Part shown: positions 1 to 7,680 of the stretch, in pieces
How positions within the stretch are numbered: the stretch's first letter is position 1
How the letters are laid out: every line of letters starts with the position of its first letter
From: Candidatus Bipolaricaulota bacterium
Lineage (GTDB): Bacteria > Bipolaricaulota > Bipolaricaulia > UBA7950 > UBA9294
NCBI GenBank assembly: GCA_040752575.1
Contig: JBFMGK010000012.1
Coordinates: forward strand, 1 to 28,017
Direction: 5' to 3'
Length of the DNA stretch: 28,017 bases
Notes under the pieces: model-generated
The model's database searches: none
Told to the model about the DNA's origin: nothing
The model's input: the letters and a program-made list of their open reading frames with translations, nothing else
Program-made: the position numbers and the translations under genes

Positions 1-19
1 GGCCGGGCGTTGCCCGGCC
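1..19 (-). terminator. GC-rich hairpin downstream of aclA, possible intrinsic terminator
   Basis: Perfect inverted repeat GGCCGGGC-GTT-GCCCGGCC, 26 nt after the aclA stop; any U-tract would lie outside the window. Confidence 0.45.
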
Positions 20-45
20 GCCGTCATAGCACCCGTATCGGTCGA

Positions 46-1908
46 CTAGACGACCACTTCGGGACGTTCCGGAACGTCGTACAGAATGTCATCCAAGGGA
101 TGCCTGTACAGGCCTTGCTCGAGCCGGTTCTGGTCGAGATAGTGGCCCATGAGTCCGATCGACCGGCCGAGGACGAACAGGGCGTTGAACAGGCCCATCT
201 TGATCATCTGGTCGATCTCGGCATCGCGGAACTTGAGTTCCTTCAGCAGGTCGACGAGCAATACCCCAATGCAACCGTCGACATTCAGGATGAGGTTGCT
301 CTTCTTCTTCGTCGTCACCTGCTCGACGGACAAGGCGTAGTTGAGGAGCGGCGTGTCGCTGAAGTGGGCCCTGGCGAAGTCCTTCATGAGTTCAACGCGC
401 CTGTCGGGGTTCTCGAGCGTATGCAGCTTGTGACCGATCCCCTGGATGTTCACGTTCTTCGTCTTCATGTGCTCGACGAAGTCGCGCGCCGCCATGTTCG
501 CCCGAAGGCCGATCAGGAAGTGCTCGGCCGCGCCATTTACGGCTCCGCCGAACCGCGGCCCGATCGTCAGGATTCCCGACACAAGCGAGGACAACAGGTC
601 CTTGCCCGCTCGCGCGGTGACGATCGCGTTGTGCGCGCCCGCCACGGCAGCGCCGTGGTCAGCGATGATCTGGATGACCATCTCGAGGAACTCGCGCGCG
701 TAGGCCGGGATCTCCTTCTTGAACCACAGAAGGCCGATCACGCCGCCGATGCCGAGCTTGCGCTCGATGACCTCGTCGATCGGGATGCCGGCGTAGTTGT
801 GCACATCACCCGACTCGTCGCAGATCGTCGAGATGAAGTTCGTCGGCCGACGGACAAGTCCCTCGGCCACCGCCTGGGCATAGTCCATTGGGATGTTTGG
901 AGGGGTCACGTCCTCCGCCGGCACGATGACGCCCGTCTTGACCAGGGTGTCGTACGTCTCGCGGATCTTCTCGTGATAGTCATTGAACGAGTTGGGAACG
1001 ATGACGCCGGCGTCTCGAAGCGCCTGATTCTTGGCATCGGCCGTCTCGGCCGCGCTTCCGGCCTTTGCGCCAGCGTGTCCGAACTGGACTTGGCCCGGCA
1101 GGACTTTGGCACACGTGCCGGTTACCCACATGACGAGCGGCTTCTTGATCCGGCCCGACTTCACCGCCTCGGCAATCTGGACTTCCGCGGTTCCGCCCAG
1201 CTCGCCGAGGCAGACGAGCATCTTGATCGCCGGGTCCAGTTCATAGCGCAGCAGGTGATCGAGGAGGGTCGAGCCGGGGAAGGCGTCGCCGCCGATGGCG
1301 ATGCCCTCGTACAGCCCGTCGGTCGTGCGCGAGATGATGTTATACGCCTCGTTCGACAGGCCGCCCGACACGGAGACGAATCCGACCGAGCCGGGCCGAT
1401 ACAGCTTGGCCTCCTTGATGTTGTCCATCGTTCCGGCCGTGTTGCCGATCTTGAAGCAGCCGGCCTTGACGCCACCTACGGTGGCAGGACCGATGATCCA
1501 CTTCTGCTTGGCCTTTGCCGTCGCGGCCATGATGCGCGACTGCCGCTCGGGGATGCCCTCGGCGATGACGGCTACTGTGCGGATGGACTCCGCGTTCAGG
1601 GCTTCCATCGTGGAGTCGAACGCCGAGCGTTGCGAGGCGAAGTTGACCATGACGTCCGCGTCGGGCCAACGTTTCACGGCCTCGGCAACGGTCCTCACCT
1701 TCGGAAGCGTGATCTCCTTCGTGCCCCAGAAGAACTTCTCGAATCCGCCGCGCTCGGGCGTGATCATCGCGACGACACTCGGCTCGGTCTTGCGGCAGAG
1801 ATAGTCAAAGTCGAGCATGCGCTGCACGGCCCGCGTCTGGTTGCCGTACACGAACGCCTTCGTGTCTCGGCTGAACAGCTCATAGCTTGGGAGTTTCGTC
1901 CTGGCCAT
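46..1908 (-). CDS. aclA: ATP-citrate lyase alpha subunit (CoA-binding, phospho-His and citryl-CoA lyase domains)
   Basis: IIGPATVGG, GGDAFPG, LGELGG, catalytic FGHAGA; C-terminal citrate-synthase-like domain with ADHG, GIGHK, LNVDG, GLYRHP. ATG at 1908 overlaps the aclB stop (TGATG); GTG at 1911 is an alternative start. Confidence 0.95.
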   Translation of the reverse strand: MARTKLPSYELFSRDTKAFVYGNQTRAVQRMLDFDYLCRKTEPSVVAMITPERGGFEKFFWGTKEITLPKVRTVAEAVKRWPDADVMVNFASQRSAFDSTMEALNAESIRTVAVIAEGIPERQSRIMAATAKAKQKWIIGPATVGGVKAGCFKIGNTAGTMDNIKEAKLYRPGSVGFVSVSGGLSNEAYNIISRTTDGLYEGIAIGGDAFPGSTLLDHLLRYELDPAIKMLVCLGELGGTAEVQIAEAVKSGRIKKPLVMWVTGTCAKVLPGQVQFGHAGAKAGSAAETADAKNQALRDAGVIVPNSFNDYHEKIRETYDTLVKTGVIVPAEDVTPPNIPMDYAQAVAEGLVRRPTNFISTICDESGDVHNYAGIPIDEVIERKLGIGGVIGLLWFKKEIPAYAREFLEMVIQIIADHGAAVAGAHNAIVTARAGKDLLSSLVSGILTIGPRFGGAVNGAAEHFLIGLRANMAARDFVEHMKTKNVNIQGIGHKLHTLENPDRRVELMKDFARAHFSDTPLLNYALSVEQVTTKKKSNLILNVDGCIGVLLVDLLKELKFRDAEIDQMIKMGLFNALFVLGRSIGLMGHYLDQNRLEQGLYRHPLDDILYDVPERPEVVV

Positions 1909-3191
1909 CACTGCCTCCCCTCGAGCGCCATGGACACGACGGCCGTCATGTGCGTCTCCGGGCCGTAGACTTCGAGGGGCACGCCGATCTTCTCTCCGAC
2001 GCGCCGCATCTTCTCGAGACCCTCCTTGTAGTTCGGGCCGCCGCGCCGAACGTAGATCCTGACTTTGTTTCTCTGCAGACCGTCCTTGTATTGCTCCAGC
2101 GCCTGGATGATCCCGGTGAATGTGTTCGCCACATCGGTGAAGTTGGCGATCCCGCCGCCGATGATGAGGTACTTCTCCCGCCCCTTCGGATCGGGTTCGC
2201 GCGTCAATATGTCGAGGACCGTCTTCGTGTACTCGTACGTCAACTCGGTCGACGGATCACCCGAGTACTCGCCGTAGTTCGCGAGTTCGTTCCCGAAGCC
2301 AAGGTCGACGACCGTGTCGGTGTAGATCACGCTCGCCCCGCCGCCCGCAACGAGGAGCCACACGCGCCCCTTCGGGTTGAGGACGGTGAGCTTGAGCGAA
2401 GCGCCGGTCTTCTCGTCGAGCGATTTCACGTACGCCTCTTCCTTCGTCATCGAGGTTCCGAACGCTTTGGGGAACTCGATCGGGCCCCAGAGTTCGGCGC
2501 ACTGGAAGGCGGCCGTGTCGTCGAGCTTGGCCACGCAATCCAGAGGCACGAGGGCGCCCTCTTTCGAGAACGTGAACGGGTTGAACTCGAGATAGGCGAA
2601 GTGGTAGTCAACGAAAACGCGGTACAGGACTTCGATGAACCGAGCGACCCTGTCCCCGTTTGGGATCTTCGGCAGATGCTTCCCGACCTTAACGTCCTCG
2701 GGCTTCGACAGGACGGGTACGTCGATGTGCACGACCGAGTCCCAGACCTCTTCGATGTTGATGCCCCCTTGTGTCGAGAAGTGGATCGTGTCGTAGTCGC
2801 GGCCCGCCGTGAACGCGAGGTAGTACTCCACGTCGTGCGGCACGAACGGTTCGATGAGGAAGTGCGTGAGGACGCCCGTCGTCTTGCCGGTCGTCTGTTC
2901 GATCGTCACTTCCTTGTTCATCCGTTCGCGAATCCAGGCTTTCGTCTCGTCGAACGATTTGTCGACGGCAAGCAGGTTGTTCTTGCCGCGCTTGCCAAAC
3001 AGCTGATCGGGCTTGGCGACAAGCCTTGTCGCCGAGATCCACGGAAACGCCTTCGGAAGCGAGGCCACATCGGTCTCCGGCGTCACGAGGACGAGCCGGT
3101 CGTCGAACGCGAGCTCGCCGCCCGAGAGCGTCTTCACCGCTTGGGCGATGATGCGCTTCGCGTCGACCTCGCGGATTCCTTTCTGCGCCAT
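1908..3191 (-). CDS. aclB: ATP-citrate lyase beta subunit (ATP-grasp and citrate-binding domains)
   Basis: VAKPDQLFGKRGK, VAGGGASV, NYGEYSG, GGGIANFT, RRGGPNY motifs; AGGAG RBS; adjacent to aclA. Confidence 0.95.
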   Translation of the reverse strand: MAQKGIREVDAKRIIAQAVKTLSGGELAFDDRLVLVTPETDVASLPKAFPWISATRLVAKPDQLFGKRGKNNLLAVDKSFDETKAWIRERMNKEVTIEQTTGKTTGVLTHFLIEPFVPHDVEYYLAFTAGRDYDTIHFSTQGGINIEEVWDSVVHIDVPVLSKPEDVKVGKHLPKIPNGDRVARFIEVLYRVFVDYHFAYLEFNPFTFSKEGALVPLDCVAKLDDTAAFQCAELWGPIEFPKAFGTSMTKEEAYVKSLDEKTGASLKLTVLNPKGRVWLLVAGGGASVIYTDTVVDLGFGNELANYGEYSGDPSTELTYEYTKTVLDILTREPDPKGREKYLIIGGGIANFTDVANTFTGIIQALEQYKDGLQRNKVRIYVRRGGPNYKEGLEKMRRVGEKIGVPLEVYGPETHMTAVVSMALEGRQ

Positions 3192-3198
3192 GAGTCTC

Positions 3199-4503
3199 CT
3201 ACATCCTCTGGATGATCTCTTCGCCGAATCGCGAGCAGGAAACCTCCGTTGCCCCCTCCATCTGCCGCGCCAGGTCGTAGGTGACGTTCTTCGAGAGGAC
3301 CGCCGCCTTCAGAGCATGAATGATCAGGTCGGCCGCCTCGCGCCAGCCCAGATAGCGCAGCATCTCGACGGCCGAGAGGATAATGCTGCCGGGGTTCACC
3401 TTGTCGAGCCCGGCGTATTTTGGGGCTGTTCCGTGCGTCGGCTCAAAACAGCCGATGCCGGTCGAGTAGTTGATGTTGGCGCCCGGGGCCACGCCGAGCC
3501 CGCCGACCTGAGCGGCCGCGGCGTCGGACATGTAGTCTCCGTTGAGGTTCATCGTCGCCACGACGTCGTACTCCGAGGGACGCAGCAGCATCTGCTGGAA
3601 GAACTGGTCGGCGATGCGGTCTTTCAGGAGAATCTTGCCCTCGGGAACCTTTCCTCCGTGCACGGTCGTGACCTCTTCTTCAGTCACGATCTGAGGGAAC
3701 TCTTTGCCAACCTCGTATCCCCAGTCGCGGAAGGCCCCCTCGGTGAACTTCATGATGTTGCCCTTGTGGGCCAGTGTCACGGTCTTGCGACCGTTCTGGA
3801 TCGCGTACTCAATCGCGGCGCGAACGAGACGCTTCGACCCCTCCTCGCTGATCGGCTTGACGCCGATCCCGCAGTTCTTTGTGAACCGGAACTTGCGGCC
3901 GATCCCCATCTCTCGGCTGAGCCAAGCGATGACCTTGTCCGCTTCAGGGGTTCCCGCCTTCCACTCGATCCCACAGTAGACGTCCTCGGTGTTCTCGCGG
4001 AAGAAGGCGATGTCGAGCTCCTGCGGGTTCTTCACCGGCGCCGGCGTTCCGTACCACCGAACCGGTCGCAGACAGACGTAGAGGTCGAGCAGAATGCGCA
4101 ACGCAACGTTGAGACTTCGGATCCCGCCGCCGACCGGCGTCGTGAGGGGGCCCTTGATCGAAACCAGGTACTTCTTGATGGCGTCGACGGTCTCGTCGGG
4201 CAGGTAATAGCGTTGGCGCTCTTCGGGCTCGATGGCCACGAGTTCGTCCTCGGTCATGCCGGGGTGGAAGTGCTCCACCGCCTCGTCGCCTGCGTAGACC
4301 TTAAGCCAGCTGATCTTCCTCTTGCCGCCGTAGGCCTTGGCGACGGCGGCATCAACGACCTTGATCATCACCGGCGTGATGTCCTTTCCGATGAGATCTC
4401 CGCGGATGTACGGGATGATCGGGTTGTCGGGTACGTTCAGCCCCGTCGCCGCACGGGTGATCGCTTGGCCTTCCAGCCTCTCGGAAGTGCTCTTGTTCGC
4501 CAT
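3199..4503 (-). CDS. icd: NADP-dependent isocitrate dehydrogenase (E. coli-type homodimeric)
   Basis: [57 protein letters not shown] and VTYDLAR carry the NADP-specificity residues. Confidence 0.95.
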   Translation of the reverse strand: MANKSTSERLEGQAITRAATGLNVPDNPIIPYIRGDLIGKDITPVMIKVVDAAVAKAYGGKRKISWLKVYAGDEAVEHFHPGMTEDELVAIEPEERQRYYLPDETVDAIKKYLVSIKGPLTTPVGGGIRSLNVALRILLDLYVCLRPVRWYGTPAPVKNPQELDIAFFRENTEDVYCGIEWKAGTPEADKVIAWLSREMGIGRKFRFTKNCGIGVKPISEEGSKRLVRAAIEYAIQNGRKTVTLAHKGNIMKFTEGAFRDWGYEVGKEFPQIVTEEEVTTVHGGKVPEGKILLKDRIADQFFQQMLLRPSEYDVVATMNLNGDYMSDAAAAQVGGLGVAPGANINYSTGIGCFEPTHGTAPKYAGLDKVNPGSIILSAVEMLRYLGWREAADLIIHALKAAVLSKNVTYDLARQMEGATEVSCSRFGEEIIQRM

Positions 4504-4555
4504 CGCCGTCCTGCTCCTCCTTCAGAGCCTCATGCCCAACAGCATGACCTTTCGG

Positions 4556-5287
4556 TCACGTCTCACTGATGGCCCGCGCCGCATCGATAACCAGGCGCGC
4601 GAGCCGCTCCCGGTTCTTCTCCTGAGCCCGCAAGTGCGGGACCGATATGCCGATGGAACCCATCACCCGCCCCGATGGCGAGACGATCGGGGCCGCGATG
4701 CCGTGCGTGCCGGCGATCGACTCGCCGTCACTCTCGGCGACTCCGGCCACGCGGATCCTCGCGAGTTCCTTGTCGAGACGGCTCTCGCTCGTGATCGTCG
4801 TCGCCGTGAGACGAGGCAGTCCGACCTCGCGGATCACGGCCTTCTGTTCGGAGGGTTCGAGAAACGCGAGAATGGCCTTGCCCGTCGCAGCCGCATGCAG
4901 AGGGTAGGTGTCGCCCAGCTCGTAGGAGACCCTGAGCGCGTGCGTGCCGTCGACCTTCTCGAGACAGACTCCGACGTGGCCGCGGAGCCCGCAGAGGAGG
5001 ACCGTCTCGCCGGTCTCGCGCGCGATGCGCTCCATATGCGGCAGGGCCACCTCGCGAAGCGGCTTGCGGGCCATCGTCGCCGCCATCTCGAGGATGCGCC
5101 CCCCGAGCCGATATCCGGCACTTCCGGGGACTTCCTCCACGAAACGATGGGCTTTGAGTGCCGAGATGTAGCGGTAGGCCGTCGAGCGCGGCAGTTCGAG
5201 CCGCTCTGCGATCTCGGCCACGCCCAAGACGGGCGTCGTCTCAGTGAACAGAGTCAAGATTCGAACGCACTTCTCCAGCGTGTTCAG
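4556..5287 (-). CDS. IclR-family transcriptional regulator (probable CTG start at 5287; ORF track starts at TTG 5257)
   Basis: HTH (GVAEIAERLELPRSTAYR), YRLG, ETGETV, PLHAAATGKAILA, GIAAPI; the frame extends upstream as (L)NTLEKCVRIL behind a GGGGGAG RBS. Confidence 0.9.
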   Translation of the reverse strand: MNTLEKCVRILTLFTETTPVLGVAEIAERLELPRSTAYRYISALKAHRFVEEVPGSAGYRLGGRILEMAATMARKPLREVALPHMERIARETGETVLLCGLRGHVGVCLEKVDGTHALRVSYELGDTYPLHAAATGKAILAFLEPSEQKAVIREVGLPRLTATTITSESRLDKELARIRVAGVAESDGESIAGTHGIAAPIVSPSGRVMGSIGISVPHLRAQEKNRERLARLVIDAARAISET

Positions 5288-5333
5288 TGTTCTCGCTCCC
5301 CCGCGGTCGTCCCATCATTCGGGACCCGTGATC

Positions 5334-5344
5334 TCACATAGTGA
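5334..5344. promoter_or_regulatory. Palindromic operator candidate TCAC-ATA-GTGA, possible IclR autoregulation site
   Basis: Inverted repeat within ATCTCACATAGTGAAGAT, overlapping the predicted transcription start of the iclR-icd-aclBA promoter. Confidence 0.5.
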
Positions 5345-5346
5345 AG

Positions 5347-5374
5347 ATGCTACAGAATGCGGGGGGGAAGTCAA
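5347..5374 (-). promoter_or_regulatory. sigma70-type promoter for iclR-icd-aclBA
   Basis: TTGACT (5374-5369), 16-nt spacer, TAGCAT (5352-5347). Confidence 0.55.
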
Positions 5375-5604
5375 GAGCCGTCCCAGGCTCGAGGAGCCTG
5401 GCCCGCCGCGTTCATGTCTGCACTCCTACGCGGCAGCTCGCCAGCGCGGCGCAACGTCCGTCACGGGAGCGACACGTCGGGCGCGCCAAGAGCCTCCAAA
5501 CCTGCCACTCCCTCGCCCTCTCCGCCAGCCAAAAGAAGTCTTGCAGGATGGGGGGAAGGGCACCGTTGCCACTCTCACATCACGCGGAGACCGAATGACC
5601 TACT

Positions 5605-5686
5605 GGCGGCCCCTGATGCCCGCGCGTCCGGGCTACACCTGTTCCCGGGCGCACTCGGACCAAGAGCCGCCTCCCCAGCGGTGGGG
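5605..5686 (-). other. Two stem-loops in the aconitase 3' UTR
   Basis: CCCCA-CCGC-TGGGG (5673-5686) followed by a ~67-nt hairpin (5605-5671) closed by GGCGGC/GCCGCC, with inner stem GCGCCCGGG/CCCGGACGC. Confidence 0.5.
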
Positions 5687-5687
5687 C

Positions 5688-7577
5688 CTAATGCCCCGCC
5701 GCCGTGTACGCCAACAGACCGCCCGCCTTCAGCATCGCCTTCTCGCGCTCGGACAGGTCGTGCTTCGCCGGGATCGTCGTCTTCTTCGTGAGGTTCTTGA
5801 CGACGAGGTCGGGCGTGAGCTTCGACACGTCGATCTCGAGCTGGTCGCCCTGGTCGATCAGGTCGGTGTTGCACGTGAGCGGCAGGATGCCCATGTTCAC
5901 GAGGTTCGCGCGGTGGATGCGCGCGAAGCTCTTCGCCAGGACCGCCTTGATCCCGAGCTTCCACGGTGCGAGGGCCGCGTGTTCGCGCGATGAGCCCTGG
6001 CCGTAGTTGTCGCCGCCGACGAGGAATCCGCCGCCCTTCTCGAGCGCCCGCGCCGCGAACGTCTTATCCTCGTAGTAGAAGGTGAACTTCGCGATCTCGG
6101 GCAGATTCGAACGCAGGTGCTGGGTCAGCGGCCCGGCCGGCAGGATGGCGTCGGTCGAGACGCCATCCCCGACCTTGAGCAGCGCTTCGCCTTTCAAGAC
6201 GGGCGGCAGCGGCTTCTGATTGCCCATCGGAGCGATGTTCGGCGCGCGGCGGATCTCCACGCTGGGGCCCTGGGGATCGAGGATCAGGTAGTCATCGACG
6301 GTCAGCCTTGTGACGTTAACCCTAGGCTCTGGAAGCTCGCGCGGATCGGAAATGACGCCCTTGAGCGCGGATGCCGCAGCCAGCTGCGGTCCGCAGAGAG
6401 CGAGCTTCCCGTCCTCGTTCCCACCGCGGCCTTTCCAGTTACGGTTAACGGTGCGCAGCGACAGGTGGTTCGTCCCAGGGACAAAGCCGATGCCGATGCA
6501 CGCGTTGCACCCCGGTTCGATCATCCGCACGCCGGCCTTGGTCAGTTCGAGGAAGCTGCCGTCCTCGATCAACATCTCCCACGCCTGCCGCGACCCCGGC
6601 GACACGATCACGTCGATGTCGGTCGAGACCTTCTTGCCCTTCAACATCTCGGCCACGATCTTGAGGTCCTGGTACGAGCCGTTCGTACAGGAGCCAATGA
6701 ACACTTGGTCGATCTTGGTCCCGGCTACGTCGCCAATCGAGAAGACGTTGTCGGGCATGCCGGGCATCGCGACGAGCGGCTCAACGGCCGCAAGATCGAT
6801 CTCGATCTCGTGGTCGTAGACCGCGCCCTCGTCGGGCGAGAGCTCGCGCCAGTCCGCCTCGCGCCCCTGCATCTTGAGGAACGCCTGGGTCACGTCGTCA
6901 GACGGGAAAATCGACGACGTGGCGCCCGTCTCGGTACCCATGTTGGTAATCGTCGCCCGCTCGGGCACCGTCAACGTCGCAACGCCGGGACCGACGAACT
7001 CGAGGAAGTAGCCGACGCCGCCCTTGACGGTGATTCGGCGCAGGAGCTCGAGCGAGACGTCCTTCGCGCTGACGTTCGGCCTCAGTTTGCCCTTCAGCAC
7101 GACCTTCATCATCTTGGGCATCGTGAGGAAGAACGGTCCGCCGCCCATGCAGACGGCGACGTCCATCCCGCCGGCACCGATCGCCAACATACCGAGCCCG
7201 CCCGACGTCGGCGTGTGGGAATCCGATCCGATCAGGGTCTTGCCGGGGACCGCGAATCGCTCATAGTGAAGCTGGTGGCAGACTCCGTTTCCGTTCTTCG
7301 AGAACTTGGCACCATAGTGGGAAGCGATCGTCTGCAGAAAGATGTGGTCGTCGGTCGACTCGCCTTTGAATCCAAGCGACGTGTGATCGGAGTACGAGAC
7401 GGCGAGCTCGGCTCGAACCCTGTCAATGCCGAGCGCTTCGAACTCGAGCCACGCCATGGTCCCGGTCGAGTCCTGGGTGAGGCACTGGTCCATGCGGATC
7501 CCGATCTCGGTCCCGCGCTTCAACTCCCCCTCGCGCAGGTGCTGCGCGAGGATCTTCTCGGTCATGGTCTGCGGCAC
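5688..7577 (-). CDS. acn: Aconitate hydratase, short single-chain type (Aquifex-like putative aconitase family)
   Basis: TQDSTG, DH, GSDSHT, [4Fe-4S] ligands GSCTN and GCNACIG, NRN, C-terminal swivel domain NYGQGSSREHA and SFARIHRANL. GTG 7577 follows GAGGTG; GTG 7586 is an alternative start. Confidence 0.88.
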   Translation of the reverse strand: MPQTMTEKILAQHLREGELKRGTEIGIRMDQCLTQDSTGTMAWLEFEALGIDRVRAELAVSYSDHTSLGFKGESTDDHIFLQTIASHYGAKFSKNGNGVCHQLHYERFAVPGKTLIGSDSHTPTSGGLGMLAIGAGGMDVAVCMGGGPFFLTMPKMMKVVLKGKLRPNVSAKDVSLELLRRITVKGGVGYFLEFVGPGVATLTVPERATITNMGTETGATSSIFPSDDVTQAFLKMQGREADWRELSPDEGAVYDHEIEIDLAAVEPLVAMPGMPDNVFSIGDVAGTKIDQVFIGSCTNGSYQDLKIVAEMLKGKKVSTDIDVIVSPGSRQAWEMLIEDGSFLELTKAGVRMIEPGCNACIGIGFVPGTNHLSLRTVNRNWKGRGGNEDGKLALCGPQLAAASALKGVISDPRELPEPRVNVTRLTVDDYLILDPQGPSVEIRRAPNIAPMGNQKPLPPVLKGEALLKVGDGVSTDAILPAGPLTQHLRSNLPEIAKFTFYYEDKTFAARALEKGGGFLVGGDNYGQGSSREHAALAPWKLGIKAVLAKSFARIHRANLVNMGILPLTCNTDLIDQGDQLEIDVSKLTPDLVVKNLTKKTTIPAKHDLSEREKAMLKAGGLLAYTAAGH

Positions 7578-7602
7578 GGCTACCACCTCTCAGGTGTCGC
7601 GG

Positions 7603-7630
7603 AGTATAGCGCCGGCGACGCGTCCCGCAA
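7603..7630 (-). promoter_or_regulatory. sigma70-type promoter for aconitase
   Basis: TTGCGG (7630-7625), 16-nt spacer, TATACT (7608-7603). Confidence 0.5.
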
Positions 7631-7644
7631 AGTGCGAACACGAC

Positions 7645-7680
7645 ACCTCATGAGTCTCGTTTTACGGGACTCCTCGAGGT
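7645..7680 (-). terminator. Hairpin after hpnE, possible terminator or processing stem
   Basis: GAGTC-CCGT-AAA-ACGA-GACTC core (7652-7672) with outer ACCTC/GAGGT pairing; no U-tract. Confidence 0.3.

Noticed and set aside
5495..5580. TGGCA motifs as a sigma54 promoter or CIRCE element
   Set aside because: GG-to-GC spacing is not 10 nt, and the second CIRCE arm is absent
7610..7619. 10-mer CGCCGGCGAC shared by the acn and RR2 upstream regions (also 18392-18401)
   Set aside because: Almost all GC in a GC-rich genome, and at different positions relative to the -10 boxes
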